Source of the DNA: an uncultured Gammaproteobacteria bacterium
GTDB lineage: Bacteria; Pseudomonadota; Gammaproteobacteria; UBA9214
DNA length: 64,000 nucleotides
NCBI GenBank assembly: GCA_963710815.1
Contig: CAVQCA010000135.1
Location: 1,768 to 65,767, forward strand
Direction of reading: 5' to 3'
A program made the position numbers and the translations under genes. Positions 36,257 to 46,755 of this stretch are shown here, in pieces (position 1 is the stretch's first letter; each line of letters begins with the position of its first letter). The notes beneath the pieces are model-generated. The model saw only the letters and a list, made by a program, of their open reading frames with translations. It made no database searches and had not been told where the DNA came from.

Positions 36257-37888
36257 ATGAAGGCCGCAGAGCTGTTCGTTCGCTGCCTCGAGAACGAAGG
36301 CGTGGAATACATCTTCGGGATACCCGGCGAGGAAAACCTGGACGTGATGGATGCCCTGCTGGATTCGTCCATCCGCTTCATCAGCACCCGCCACGAACAA
36401 GGCGCGGCATTCATGGCGGACGTTTACGGCCGCCTGACCGGCCGCGCCGGTGTGTGTCTGTCCACGCTGGGACCGGGTGCGACCAACCTGATGACGGGGG
36501 TGGCCGACGCCAACCTCGATCATGCCCCGCTGGTCGCCATCGCCGGGCAGGCGGGGACCACCCGCCTGCACAAGGAATCCCATCAGGTCCTGGATCTGGA
36601 GAAGCTGTTTCACTCCATTACCAAATACTCGGCCAGCCTGCTCGAACCCGAGATCATTCCGGAGGTGGTGCGCAAGGCGTTCAAACTGGCGCAGTCGGAG
36701 AAGACGGGCGCCACCTTCATCGAGTTTCCCGAAAATATCGCCGGGATGGACGTCGAGTACGACATGCTTCCGCTGATCCGGCCGCTGGACCCCGAACCTC
36801 CCGCGGAAAACGTCGAGCAGGCCGCCCGGCTGATCAGCGAGGCCCGCAACCCGATCATCCTCGCCGGCAACGGCGTGGTGCGCGCCGGGGCCTGCCGGGA
36901 ACTGGCGGAGTTTGCCGGCAGTCTGAACATACCGCTGGCCAATACCTTCATGGCCAAGGGCGTGATTCCCTTCAGACATCCCTGCGCCCTCGGCAGCGCC
37001 GGTCTGCAGGCCAACGATTACGTGAGCTGCGGCTTCAGCCGCGCGGACGTGATCATCTGTGTCGGCTACGATCTGGTCGAATACCACCCCTACCTGTGGC
37101 ATCCGACGCGGGATCGCATCATCATTCATATCGATCGCTCGCCGGCCGAGGTCGACGCCTACTACCCGGTCAGGGTCGCCGTCACCGGGGATCTGAAGCA
37201 TACCCTGCAGCGCATCGCCGGACTGGCGACACCGCATCCGGGCCACCACATGCGCCCCCTGCGCGATGCGCTGATCGACGAGATGAAGCACCATCGCGAC
37301 GACACGGAATATCCGGTCAAGCCACAGAAGATCATCTGGGACCTGCGCACGGTGCTGGATCTCGAGGACATCGTCATCTGCGACGTCGGCGCGCACAAGA
37401 TGTGGATGGCCCGCATGTTTCGTTGCGAGCACCCGAATACCTGCTTGATATCCAACGGTTTCGCCAGTATGGGGATCGCCGTGCCGGGGGCAATCGCCGC
37501 CCGGCTGGTCCATCCGCAACGCCATATCGTCGCCGTCACCGGTGACGCCGGGTTTCTGACGAATTCCCAGGAAATCGAGACCGCGATGCGTTGCCAGCTG
37601 CCGATCGTTATACTGATCTGGAACGACGGCAGCTACGGGCTGATCGAGTGGAAACAGCTCAACCAGTTCGGCCGGACCTCGCATGTGCATTTCACCAACC
37701 CTGACTTCGTGAAATATGCCGAGTCATTCGGTGGCAGGGGTTACCGCGTCGAGCGGACGCAGGACCTGCAAGGCATACTGAAGGAGGCGCTGGCCAGTAA
37801 TACGCTATGCGTCATCGATTGCCCGGTCGATTATCGGGAAAACATCAAGCTCACGGAGCAAATGGGCAAACTGGTATGTCCGATCTAG
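36257..37888 (+). CDS. thiamine pyrophosphate-dependent enzyme, acetolactate synthase large subunit-like
   Basis: 543 aa. N-terminal TPP-pyrimidine-binding, central and C-terminal TPP-binding domains (GDAGF...NDGSYG motif). Substrate specificity is not determinable. Confidence 0.8.
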   Translation: MKAAELFVRCLENEGVEYIFGIPGEENLDVMDALLDSSIRFISTRHEQGAAFMADVYGRLTGRAGVCLSTLGPGATNLMTGVADANLDHAPLVAIAGQAGTTRLHKESHQVLDLEKLFHSITKYSASLLEPEIIPEVVRKAFKLAQSEKTGATFIEFPENIAGMDVEYDMLPLIRPLDPEPPAENVEQAARLISEARNPIILAGNGVVRAGACRELAEFAGSLNIPLANTFMAKGVIPFRHPCALGSAGLQANDYVSCGFSRADVIICVGYDLVEYHPYLWHPTRDRIIIHIDRSPAEVDAYYPVRVAVTGDLKHTLQRIAGLATPHPGHHMRPLRDALIDEMKHHRDDTEYPVKPQKIIWDLRTVLDLEDIVICDVGAHKMWMARMFRCEHPNTCLISNGFASMGIAVPGAIAARLVHPQRHIVAVTGDAGFLTNSQEIETAMRCQLPIVILIWNDGSYGLIEWKQLNQFGRTSHVHFTNPDFVKYAESFGGRGYRVERTQDLQGILKEALASNTLCVIDCPVDYRENIKLTEQMGKLVCPI

Positions 37889-38709
37889 CCGCAACGGCGC
37901 TGCATGACAAGGACAAACCCGTCCCGGGTAACGATGTCACCGCCAACCCCGGACAGCGCATCCGCCTGCTCAGCTACAACATCCAGACCGGCATCCGCAC
38001 GACGCGTTACAGCCACTACGTCACGCAAAGCTGGAAGCATGTCCTGCCGCATGCCCAGCGTTTCCGCAACCTGGACCGGGTCGCCAGCCAGATCAGGGAT
38101 TATGACATCGTCGGCCTGCAGGAGGTCGATGCCGGCAGCCTGCGCAGTGGCTACGTGAACCTGACCCAGTACCTTGGCGAGAAGGCGCAGTTCCCGTTCT
38201 GGTACGACCAGACCAACCGTCACCTGGGCCGATTCGCCCGCAACAGCACCGGGCTGTTGAGCCGCTTCAGCCCCACCGAAATCAGTGAACACCGCCTGCC
38301 GGGCCGCATACCCGGCCGGGGTGCCCTGCTGATCCGTTACGGAACCCGGCAGGATGCCCTTATAGTGCTGATCCTGCACCTGGCGCTGGGACGGCGAGCG
38401 CGGCTGCGTCAGCTTGCCTATGTCAGCGAAATCATCAACGAATACCGCCACGTGGTGCTAATGGGCGATTTGAACTGCCACTCACATAGCGTGGAGATGA
38501 ATTTTCTGATCAACCGCACCATGATGCAGGAACCCTTCCACGGCCTGCACACTTTCCCGAGCTGGTGTCCGCAACGCAACATCGATCACATCCTGGTGAC
38601 GCCCACGCTCCAGGTGGATCGCATCAAGGTATTGGCCTACTCGCTTTCCGATCACCTGCCGGTATCGATGGACATCACCCTGCCGGAATCGCTCCACCTC
38701 GCCGGTTGA
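37876..38709 (+). CDS. endonuclease/exonuclease/phosphatase (EEP) family protein
   Basis: 277 aa from the ATG, overlapping the TPP-enzyme stop by 13 bp. The LLSYNIQTG...VGLQEVD...GDLNC...SDHLPV motifs are typical of the EEP fold. Confidence 0.75.
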   Translation: MSDLAATALHDKDKPVPGNDVTANPGQRIRLLSYNIQTGIRTTRYSHYVTQSWKHVLPHAQRFRNLDRVASQIRDYDIVGLQEVDAGSLRSGYVNLTQYLGEKAQFPFWYDQTNRHLGRFARNSTGLLSRFSPTEISEHRLPGRIPGRGALLIRYGTRQDALIVLILHLALGRRARLRQLAYVSEIINEYRHVVLMGDLNCHSHSVEMNFLINRTMMQEPFHGLHTFPSWCPQRNIDHILVTPTLQVDRIKVLAYSLSDHLPVSMDITLPESLHLAG

Positions 38710-38848
38710 ATCCGTTCTGTCCAGCACGGCGAATCACCTGTCTGCTATCCGACCGTCCTGAACCGGAGGGTAATCGGGTAGTTTTTTAAGTCAGGATTAA
38801 TCCAGGCATCCTATGCTGTCCCCTGACCATCGGTTGAGGAGCAAGACT

Positions 38849-39421
38849 ATGGAACGGGGTGAAGTCAGGGTCTGGGACCCCTTCGTGCGAATCTTTCACT
38901 GGCTGCTGGTGCTGCTGTTTACACTGGCCTATGTCACCGGAGAGGATTGGCTGAGCCTGCATGTTTATGCCGGTTACGCCGTGTTCGGCCTGATTCTGAT
39001 GCGCGTGCTGTGGGGCATCATGGGCACCCCGCATGCCCGGTTCAGTGATTTTGTGTATCGCCCGTCCCGGGTGATAGCGTTCATAAAGGATACGCTGGCG
39101 CTGCGCGCCCGGCGCTATCTCGGCCACAATCCGGCGGGCGGCGCCATGATCCTGCTCATGCTGATCAGCCTGTTGCTGGTATCCGTGTCCGGCTTTGCCG
39201 TCTACGGTATCGAGAAAGGCGCCGGCCCGCTCGCCATGCTGGGCGGGTCAAGTGAATTCCTGGAGGATGTATTCGAGGAAGTGCATGAATTTTTCGCCAA
39301 TTTCATGGTGCTCCTGGTGGTGGTCCATATTGCCGGCGTCATCGCGGAAAGCCTGATCCATCGGGAGAACCTGGTGAAGGCCATGCTGAACGGCCGCAAG
39401 CGCGCGCTGGATGAAGAGTGA
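38849..39421 (+). CDS. cytochrome b561 family protein (CybB/YodB-like)
   Basis: 4 TM helices with conserved His pairs (FHWLLVL, HNPAGG, VVVHIAGVIAESLIH). Confidence 0.75.
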   Translation: MERGEVRVWDPFVRIFHWLLVLLFTLAYVTGEDWLSLHVYAGYAVFGLILMRVLWGIMGTPHARFSDFVYRPSRVIAFIKDTLALRARRYLGHNPAGGAMILLMLISLLLVSVSGFAVYGIEKGAGPLAMLGGSSEFLEDVFEEVHEFFANFMVLLVVVHIAGVIAESLIHRENLVKAMLNGRKRALDEE

Positions 39422-39431
39422 GGAACGCACC

Positions 39432-39812
39432 ATGACGATCAAGGCAGCCATTTTCAGCGCCATCGCCATCCTGGGAACCGCCTGTCTGTTGTGGATCGGC
39501 TACCAGGGCATGGACAGCCGGGAGCGGGGTCACGAGGAAGACGAGGAGACTGAGCAGCTCGGGGAACAGCCGGGGATGCCCGAACACGACGCGGTTCGCG
39601 CCATCAGGCAGCGTGGTGATATCCTTTCACTCGACAGAATTCTCCAGGAGGCGCGCGGGCAGCATGCCGGTCACGTGCTGGAGAGCGAGCTGAAACACAA
39701 AGACGGGCGCTACGTCTACGAGGTGGAACTGGTGGATGATCAGGGTCGGGTGCGGGAGATGAAGTTCGATGCCAGGACTGGCGAGGTGCTGAAGGAAAAG
39801 CAGGGGGATTGA
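39432..39812 (+). CDS. PepSY domain protein
   Basis: 126 aa. N-terminal anchor and a C-terminal PepSY-like segment (HVLESELKHKDGRYVYEVELVDDQGRVREMKFDARTGEVLK). Confidence 0.7.
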   Translation: MTIKAAIFSAIAILGTACLLWIGYQGMDSRERGHEEDEETEQLGEQPGMPEHDAVRAIRQRGDILSLDRILQEARGQHAGHVLESELKHKDGRYVYEVELVDDQGRVREMKFDARTGEVLKEKQGD

Positions 39813-39813
39813 T

Positions 39814-40479
39814 TTGCGACTGCTGCTGGCCGAGGATGACCCTGAACTCAGTGCGCGTCTGGGACGTTACCTCGGCAGACAGGGGTTCGCGGTCGACAGC
39901 TGCACCGATGGCGTGGAAACGGAATTCAACGGCCGCGAGACCGGCTATGACGTGATCGTGCTCGATCTCGGCCTGCCCAAACGCCCGGGTCTCGAGGTGC
40001 TGGCAAACTGGCGCAAGGCCGGGGTCAAGACACCGGTGCTGATCCTCACGGCGCGCGATACCTGGCAGGAAAAGGTGCAGGGCCTGCAGCAGGGCGCGGA
40101 CGACTACCTCACCAAACCCTTTAATGAAGAGGAACTGCTGGCGCGGTTGCAGGCCCTGATCCGCCGCAATACCGGTACCGTCGGTGAGACGCTAAGCATC
40201 AACGACTGGGTCCTGGACGAGGCTACCCAGTCGGTCAGCCGGGAGGACGAGCGCTGGGAGCTGACCGGGATAGAGTTCCGCCTGCTGCGCTATTTCATGC
40301 TGCACCCGGGTCGTATCCTGTCGAAATCGCGCCTCACCGAGCATGTCTACGAGCAGGATGCCGACAAGGACAGCAACGTCATCGAAGTCTATGTCAATCG
40401 CCTGCGGCAGAAGCTGGGCAATGAGGTCATCACCACCAAACGCGGGCAGGGTTACGTGTTCGGCAAGCCGCCGTTATGA
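39814..40479 (+). CDS. OmpR/PhoB-family two-component response regulator (CusR/CopR-like by context)
   Basis: REC domain (LLLAEDDPEL..VIVLDLGLP) plus a winged-helix output domain. TTG start overlapping the PepSY gene stop. Confidence 0.85.
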   Translation: MRLLLAEDDPELSARLGRYLGRQGFAVDSCTDGVETEFNGRETGYDVIVLDLGLPKRPGLEVLANWRKAGVKTPVLILTARDTWQEKVQGLQQGADDYLTKPFNEEELLARLQALIRRNTGTVGETLSINDWVLDEATQSVSREDERWELTGIEFRLLRYFMLHPGRILSKSRLTEHVYEQDADKDSNVIEVYVNRLRQKLGNEVITTKRGQGYVFGKPPL

Positions 40480-41804
40480 ACTCATTGCGTTCCCGCCTGG
40501 GTTTCGGGCTGATCGCCAGCCTGATCGTGATGATCGGGCTGTTGTGGCTCATGGTCGGGCAGTCGGTGAAGATTCTGCTGGAGCAGCAGATGGCCTCACG
40601 GCTGGCCCACGACGGGGAAGCCCTCCTGGGTGGCATGCGCATCGACGTCGATGGCCGGGTGCTGCTGCAGGAGCGGCGCATCCAGGGCATCTACCAGCAA
40701 CCGTACTCCGGACATTATTTCCAGGTCGATGCCGGGGGTCAGGCCACGCGTTCGCGTTCACTGTGGGACGCGATGCTGCCGGTCCCCGACGTGGCGGCGG
40801 GTGAAACCCGGATTGGCTATGTCACCGGACCGCAGCAGCAGCCGTTGCTGTTCTGGGCGCACGGCTATCAGAAGCAGGGCAGGGTGGTGCACATCACCGT
40901 TGCCGAGGACCTGCTGACGCTCAATGCAGGCATCGCGCAGTTTCGCTGGGAGCTGGCCGCCTGGTCGCTGGCGATGGTTCTCCTGCTGCTCCTTATCCAG
41001 CAGTACATCGTGATCCGGTCGCTGCGACCGGTCTCGGCCGCCGCCGCCGATATCGAGCGCCTGGAACACGGTGAGATCAGCACCCTGTCAGAGCAGGTTC
41101 CGAAGGAAGTGCGTCCGCTGGTGCAGGCCATCAACAGGCTGCTCGATCGCCAGCGCCAGCGCCTGCATCGCTCCCGGGAGGCGCTCGGCAACCTGGCGCA
41201 CACCATAAAAACCCCGTTGACGCTGCTGCAGCAGCTGGCCCGGGAAAAGGTGGCGGGGGCCGATCCCGCCACCTATGAACAACTGGAACACTACAGCCGG
41301 CAGATCAACGAGCGGGTAAACCAGTCACTGCGCCGCGCGCGCCTGGCCGGTGACGGCCTCGGCGCCGGCCGCTTCGACCTGCGGCAGGATCTGCCGGTGC
41401 TGGTCGACACCCTGAACCGCCTGCACCGGGAGCGCAGCATCACCCTGCACACGCGGTTCAATGACATCACGCAGCTGCCGCTTGAACAGCAGGACGGCAT
41501 GGAGTTGCTGGGCAATCTGCTGGACAACGCCTGGAAATGGGCCGCATCCACGGTGAGTCTCACGCTCAGCGGACCGGAGCCGCTCACGCTCATCGTCGAG
41601 GACGACGGACCGGGAGTCGATGCGGCGGCGATGCAATCGCTGGCGCAGCGCGGCGTGCGCCAGGACGAGAATCTGCCGGGCCACGGCATCGGCCTGTCGA
41701 TCGTGAGGAACCTGGTGGATGAAATCGGTGGCGAGATGGCCTTCTCCGCCTCGGAGTCGCTGGGCGGCCTGCAGGTGAAAATTCACCTCGGCCGGCGCAC
41801 ATAA
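40476..41804 (+). CDS. two-component sensor histidine kinase with periplasmic sensor domain
   Basis: Two TM helices around a roughly 150-aa periplasmic region, an H-box ALGNLAHTIKTPL and an HATPase_c domain with N, G1 and G2 boxes. 4-bp overlap with the regulator gene. Confidence 0.85.
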   Translation: MNSLRSRLGFGLIASLIVMIGLLWLMVGQSVKILLEQQMASRLAHDGEALLGGMRIDVDGRVLLQERRIQGIYQQPYSGHYFQVDAGGQATRSRSLWDAMLPVPDVAAGETRIGYVTGPQQQPLLFWAHGYQKQGRVVHITVAEDLLTLNAGIAQFRWELAAWSLAMVLLLLLIQQYIVIRSLRPVSAAAADIERLEHGEISTLSEQVPKEVRPLVQAINRLLDRQRQRLHRSREALGNLAHTIKTPLTLLQQLAREKVAGADPATYEQLEHYSRQINERVNQSLRRARLAGDGLGAGRFDLRQDLPVLVDTLNRLHRERSITLHTRFNDITQLPLEQQDGMELLGNLLDNAWKWAASTVSLTLSGPEPLTLIVEDDGPGVDAAAMQSLAQRGVRQDENLPGHGIGLSIVRNLVDEIGGEMAFSASESLGGLQVKIHLGRRT

Positions 41805-41831
41805 AAAAGCCGGGGGGCTTGCGCCGCCCGG
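41802..41831 (-). terminator. rho-independent terminator for the − strand cus operon (GCCGGG-loop-CCCGGC followed by T6 on the − strand)
   Basis: GC-rich stem-loop. A run of A6 precedes it on the + strand, so the T-tract follows the stem on the − strand. Confidence 0.55.
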
Positions 41832-41930
41832 CAAGGGGGGATGATGCAATCGGTTGTGCGCGCGGCTATCTTCGGCCGCCGCCCTGGCCATGACCCTGGC
41901 CCATTCCCATGCCGCCGGGTCCGCCCATAT

Positions 41931-42206
41931 TCATGCGTTCCTGGTACATCTGCTGCTGCCTTTGCTGATCTGCTGCTGGTGCATTTCGCGCTGCTGCTGC
42001 TGGGTCTGGACTTCCCCACGGTTGAGACCGCCGCCCGCATTGCTGTCGATGTCGCCGACGGCCGGGGCATCGCCCATATAGCGGTACTGGTTTTCGGATT
42101 GTGTCCGCTGTTGCACCTGTTCGGGGCCGGCCGCCGGTACCGGGGTCACGGCGAGGGCGAGCAGGGCCGCCAGCGTCGAACGTGCAAATGTGGAGCGTTT
42201 CATCAT
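41931..42206 (-). CDS. small secreted Met/His/Gln-rich protein (SilE/PcoE-like?), apparently frameshifted
   Basis: Signal peptide MMKRSTFARSTLAALLALAVTPVPAAG then a Q/M/H-rich sequence. The adjacent frame continues ...QQQMYQERMNMGGPGGMGMGQGHGQGGGRR to 41866. The frame change lies within CAG/CTG trinucleotide repeats. Last gene of the cusCBA transcription unit. Confidence 0.45.
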   Translation of the reverse strand: MMKRSTFARSTLAALLALAVTPVPAAGPEQVQQRTQSENQYRYMGDAPAVGDIDSNAGGGLNRGEVQTQQQQREMHQQQISKGSSRCTRNA

Positions 42207-42424
42207 GACGGTCTTTCCTCAAGAGTTTGGCTGTTGATCAGCGAGTCTGGAATCAGGATAGTCCGCGGAGCTTAACTGGAGCTTAATTTACCCGTCCGGG
42301 TGCATGGGCGGGTCGGGATCGCTGCGGCACGACATCGCCCGGCGGGCGGGCAGGGCGCCGGGGGGCGCCACGGCAGCCACCCCGGCAAGTCGTGTTCCTG
42401 CCCACTGGAGGGCAACGGAGTACC

Positions 42425-45400
42425 TCATGCGCCGGCTGCCAGGCCGCGCCGCTTCCACAGCAGGAACGCCGCCGGGATCACCACCAGCGTGAGCAGCGTG
42501 GCGCTGACCATGCCGCCCACCATGGGCGCGGCGATGCGGCGCATCACCTCGGAGCCGGTGCCGCTCCCCAGCATGATGGGCAGCAGGCCGGCGATGATGG
42601 CGGCCACGGTCATTATGATCGGCCGTACCCGCCGCAGAGCGCCGTCGATGACGGCTGTGCGGATATCATCAGCAGTCAACGAACGATGTTCCCTGATTGC
42701 CACATCACGCCGGTGCTGCAGCGACTGGTTCAGGTACACCAGCATGACGACGCCGATCTCCACCGCCACTCCCGCCAGCGCGATGAAACCGACGCCGACC
42801 GCAATCGACAGGTTATAGCCGAGCAGATAGAGCAGCCAGAAGCCCCCGACCAGCGCCAGGGGCAGGGTGCCCATGATGATGAGGACATCGCCGAACCTGC
42901 GGAAGTTGAGATACAGCAGCAGCACGATAATGGTTAGCGTGAACGGCAGTACGCTTTCCAGCCGCTGCCGGGCGCGCACCATGTATTCGTACTGTCCGGA
43001 CCATGCCAGCGAGTATCCGGGGGGCAGTTTCACCTGCTCGCTGACGGCACGCTGCGCCTCGGCGACGTAGGACCCCAGGTCGCTGCCCTCGATATCCACA
43101 TAGATCCAGCCGGTGAGGCGGGCGTTTTCGGTCTTGATCATGGGGGGACCGTCCTCGATGCGGATGTCTGCCACCTCGGCAAGCGGGATGTTCGCGCCGG
43201 CGGGCGTGACGATCGGCAGGTTGCGCAGCTTCTCCAGCGAGTCGCGCACGTCACGCGGGTAGCGGATGTTGATCGGGTAACGCTCCAGGCCCTCCACCGT
43301 TTCCGCCACCCGCATACCGCCCAGTGCCGTGCGAACCACGTCCTGAACATCGGCGATGTTCAGGGCAAAGCGCGCCGCCGCCGCTCGATTGATGTCGATG
43401 GTCACGTAACGCCCGCCGACGACGCGTTCCGAATAGGCTGATACGGTGCCCGGTACGGTCCTGACGACCTTCTCGATGCGCTTGCCGATCTCCTGAATGA
43501 CACCGAGGTCCGGTCCCGACACCTTGATGCCCACCGGCGTCTTGATACCGGTCGCCAGCATGTCGATGCGGTTCTTGATCGGCATGACCCAGACGTTGGT
43601 CAACCCGGGAAAACGGATCAGGCGGTTGAGTTCCTGTTTCAGCGATTCCATCGTCACGCCCGGCCGCCACTGGGCATGCGGTTTCAGCTGAATCGTGGTT
43701 TCCACCATCGTCAGCGGCGCCGGGTCGGTGGCTGTATCGGCGCGCCCGACCTTGCCGAAAACACTCTTCACCTCGGGAATCGTGCGGATCAGCTTGTCGG
43801 TCTGCTGCAGGATCTGCCGCGCCTTGCCGATGGAGACGGCGGGGAAGGTGCTCGGCATGTACAGCAGGTCTCCCTCGTCGAGATTCGGCATGAACTCGGT
43901 GCCCAGCCGGCTGGCCGGCCAGAGTGCACCCGCCACGACCAGCAGCGCGATCGACAGCACGGCGACGGGCGCCCTGAGGACGAGATTGATCAGCGGCCGG
44001 TACAGCGCGACCAGTACGCGATTCACCGGGTTCGCAGCCTCCCGAATGATGTGGCCGCGAATGAAATAGCCCATCAGCACCGGCACCAGGGTGACCGACA
44101 GGGCCGCGGCGCCCGCCATGGCGAATGTCTTGGTATAGGCCAGCGGCGCGAACAGACGCCCTTCCTGGGCCTGCAGCGTGAACACCGGGAGAAAGCTGAG
44201 CGTGATGATCACCAGTGAAAAGAACAGTGGCGGCCCCACCTCGGTGGCCGCGAGGCGAATGATTTCCCAGCGGTTGGCGTCGGTCACGGTGGTGCCTTCC
44301 ATGTGTTTATGCACGTTCTCGATCATGACGATGGCCGCATCCACCATGGCACCGATGGCGATCGCAATGCCGCCCAGCGACATGATATTGGCGTTCATGC
44401 CCAGGTGTTCCATCACGATGAAGGCGATGAGGATGCCTATGGGCAGGGATACCACGATAACCAGTGCCGAGCGCAGGTGAAACAGGAACAGTGCGCATAC
44501 CAGGGCGACGACGATGAACTCCTCGATCAGCTTGTGGTGCAGGGTATCCACGGCCCGCTGGATCAACGTGGATCGGTCGTAGGTCTCGACGATCTGCACG
44601 CCCTTCGGCAGGCTCTTGCGGAGCTGGGCCAGCTTCTTCTTGACTCCCTCGATGGTCTTCAGGGCGTTCTCCCCGTAGCGCATGATAATCACGCCCCCCA
44701 CCACTTCACCCTTGCCATCGAGTTCAGCGACACCGCGCCGCATCTGCGGTCCGAGCCGGATCTCGGCGACATCCTCGAGGAGTATCGGTGTGCCGCGCTC
44801 ATTGATCCCCACCGGAATCTTCTGCAGGTCCGCCAGGCTCTTCACATAACCTGTGGCACGCACCATGTACTCGGCCTCCGCCAGTTCTATCACCGAACCG
44901 CCGGTTTCCTGGTTGCCGCGCTGAATGGCGTTGCGCACCTGTGCCAGCGGCAGCTTGTAGGCACGCAGTCGGTCGGGATCCAGCACCACCTGGTACTGCT
45001 TGACCATGCCGCCTATGGTGGCCACTTCGGAGACGCCGTGCACGGTCTGCAGCTCGTATTTCAGGAACCAGTCCTGCAGGCTGCGCAGCTGTGAGAGATC
45101 GTGCCGGCCGGTGCGATCGACCAGGGCGTATTCGTATACCCAGCCGACGCCGGTGGCATCGGGGCCGAGTTCCGGGCGTGCCTCGGGCGGCAGTTTGCCG
45201 GCCGCCTGGCTCAGGTATTCCAGCACCCGCGTGCGCGCCCAGTAGGGGTCGGTGCCATCCGCGAAGATGACATAGACATAGGAGTCCCCGAAAAAGGAAT
45301 AGCCGCGTACCGTCAGCGCCTTGGGCACCGACAGCATGGCCGTGGTCAGCGGGTAGGTGACCTGGTCCTCGACCACCTGGGGCGCCTGCCCGGGGTAGCT

Positions 45401-45553
45401 GGTCTTGATAATGACCTGTACATCGGAGAGATCGGGAATGGCGTCGACGGGTGTTTGCCTGATGGCATACACACCCCCGACGGTAAGGAACGCGGCCAGC
45501 AGGATGACCAGAAAACGATTTTCTATCGACTGTTCGATGAGGCGCGCGATCAT
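42425..45553 (-). CDS. cusA: Cu(I)/Ag(I) efflux RND transporter CusA (HME-RND)
   Basis: 1042 aa. The N-terminus [18 protein letters not shown]...[38 protein letters not shown] is nearly identical to the recalled E. coli CusA N-terminus. 12 TM helices. Confidence 0.9.
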   Translation of the reverse strand: MIARLIEQSIENRFLVILLAAFLTVGGVYAIRQTPVDAIPDLSDVQVIIKTSYPGQAPQVVEDQVTYPLTTAMLSVPKALTVRGYSFFGDSYVYVIFADGTDPYWARTRVLEYLSQAAGKLPPEARPELGPDATGVGWVYEYALVDRTGRHDLSQLRSLQDWFLKYELQTVHGVSEVATIGGMVKQYQVVLDPDRLRAYKLPLAQVRNAIQRGNQETGGSVIELAEAEYMVRATGYVKSLADLQKIPVGINERGTPILLEDVAEIRLGPQMRRGVAELDGKGEVVGGVIIMRYGENALKTIEGVKKKLAQLRKSLPKGVQIVETYDRSTLIQRAVDTLHHKLIEEFIVVALVCALFLFHLRSALVIVVSLPIGILIAFIVMEHLGMNANIMSLGGIAIAIGAMVDAAIVMIENVHKHMEGTTVTDANRWEIIRLAATEVGPPLFFSLVIITLSFLPVFTLQAQEGRLFAPLAYTKTFAMAGAAALSVTLVPVLMGYFIRGHIIREAANPVNRVLVALYRPLINLVLRAPVAVLSIALLVVAGALWPASRLGTEFMPNLDEGDLLYMPSTFPAVSIGKARQILQQTDKLIRTIPEVKSVFGKVGRADTATDPAPLTMVETTIQLKPHAQWRPGVTMESLKQELNRLIRFPGLTNVWVMPIKNRIDMLATGIKTPVGIKVSGPDLGVIQEIGKRIEKVVRTVPGTVSAYSERVVGGRYVTIDINRAAAARFALNIADVQDVVRTALGGMRVAETVEGLERYPINIRYPRDVRDSLEKLRNLPIVTPAGANIPLAEVADIRIEDGPPMIKTENARLTGWIYVDIEGSDLGSYVAEAQRAVSEQVKLPPGYSLAWSGQYEYMVRARQRLESVLPFTLTIIVLLLYLNFRRFGDVLIIMGTLPLALVGGFWLLYLLGYNLSIAVGVGFIALAGVAVEIGVVMLVYLNQSLQHRRDVAIREHRSLTADDIRTAVIDGALRRVRPIIMTVAAIIAGLLPIMLGSGTGSEVMRRIAAPMVGGMVSATLLTLVVIPAAFLLWKRRGLAAGA

Positions 45554-46755
45554 GGCTGCACTTTTTCTGCGTCGCTCTGGCTGTCGTTCATGCGTTGCAT
45601 GCCGGCCTTGAAGCTGGATTCGGAATCGATGAGAAACTGGCCGGAGACGACAACCTCTTCGCCTTCATGGAGGCCGGCGAGAATTTCCACCCGCCCGTCG
45701 CTCTCGATGCCGGCGGTCACGGAGCGGGCGGCAAAATGGCCCTTGCCGAGCGCGACGATCACCCGGTCTTCGCGCCCGGTGCGTATGAGCGCTTCAACCG
45801 GAATGACAATGGCATCTGGTGCTGGAACGCCAAAAATCTTCACATTGGCGAACATGTTAGGCTTCAGGGCTTCCTCGGGGTTGTCGAAGCGCAGCCGCGC
45901 CTTGAGGGTGCGCGTCACCGGGTCAAGGCTGGGATAGATATACTCAACGCGCCCTTTCCATGTACGCCCGGGCAGGTACGACAGGCGCACCTCGGCGGCC
46001 TGGCCGACCTTGACCCAGTCCGCCTGGCGTTCGAATACTTCCGCCTGCAACCAGACGCTGGAAAGGTCGGCGAGGCTCATGACCCGCGTTTCGGGCTTGA
46101 CGTACATGCCTTCGCTCACCGGCAGCGTCGCGATCACGCCATCCTGCGGGGCATAGAAGCTGATGATCTGACTGGCATGCCGCGTCCGGCGGATCTGACG
46201 GATCTGGTCCCCGGAGACACCCAGCGCTGCGAGGCGCTCCTGCGAGGCCTGTACCAGATCCTCGTTGCCCGTCTTGAGTGCCTGCAGGTATTCCTGCTGG
46301 GCGTTGACCAGCTCCGGCGAATACAGGTCAAACAGACGTTCGCTCTTGCGCACCTGCTCGCCTTCGGACTTGAAATACAGGCGCTCGATCCAGCCTTCCG
46401 TGCGCAGGTGTATGTGACTCTGCTTCGATTCGTCGTAATCGACATAGCCGACGGTGTCGATAATGCGCCGCAGGCGGCCGTGCTCCGCGCGCGCCGTGCG
46501 CACCCCCAGGTTTTCCACCACGTCGGGATCGATAACCACGGTGTTACCGCTGCCGGCCTCATTCGCATACACCGGAACCAGGTCCATGCCCATGGGGGAC
46601 TTGCCCGGTTTATCGCGCCGGTAGTTCGGATCCATGGGCGCGACCCAGTAAAGTATCGTCTTTGCCTGCGTCTCCGCGGCGAGGACAGGCGGGGAAGACA
46701 ACAACCATCCGAACAGGCCGGCGCCGAGCACAGCGGTGATCAGTCGCATCTTCAT
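45550..46755 (-). CDS. cusB: Cu/Ag efflux membrane fusion protein CusB
   Basis: 401 aa with the N-terminal Met-rich metal-binding segment [10 protein letters not shown]...[10 protein letters not shown]. 4-bp overlaps with cusA and cusC. Confidence 0.85.
   Translation of the reverse strand: MKMRLITAVLGAGLFGWLLSSPPVLAAETQAKTILYWVAPMDPNYRRDKPGKSPMGMDLVPVYANEAGSGNTVVIDPDVVENLGVRTARAEHGRLRRIIDTVGYVDYDESKQSHIHLRTEGWIERLYFKSEGEQVRKSERLFDLYSPELVNAQQEYLQALKTGNEDLVQASQERLAALGVSGDQIRQIRRTRHASQIISFYAPQDGVIATLPVSEGMYVKPETRVMSLADLSSVWLQAEVFERQADWVKVGQAAEVRLSYLPGRTWKGRVEYIYPSLDPVTRTLKARLRFDNPEEALKPNMFANVKIFGVPAPDAIVIPVEALIRTGREDRVIVALGKGHFAARSVTAGIESDGRVEILAGLHEGEEVVVSGQFLIDSESSFKAGMQRMNDSQSDAEKVQP

Noticed and set aside
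41783-42275. Alternative ORFs in the HK-cusA spacer (+ strand 144 aa and 75 aa; − strand 118 aa as an independent gene)
   Set aside because: Low-complexity Arg/Ala-rich translations without signal peptides or RBS. The only frame with a bona fide signal peptide is 41931..42206 (−). The 118-aa frame is used only as the putative post-frameshift continuation.
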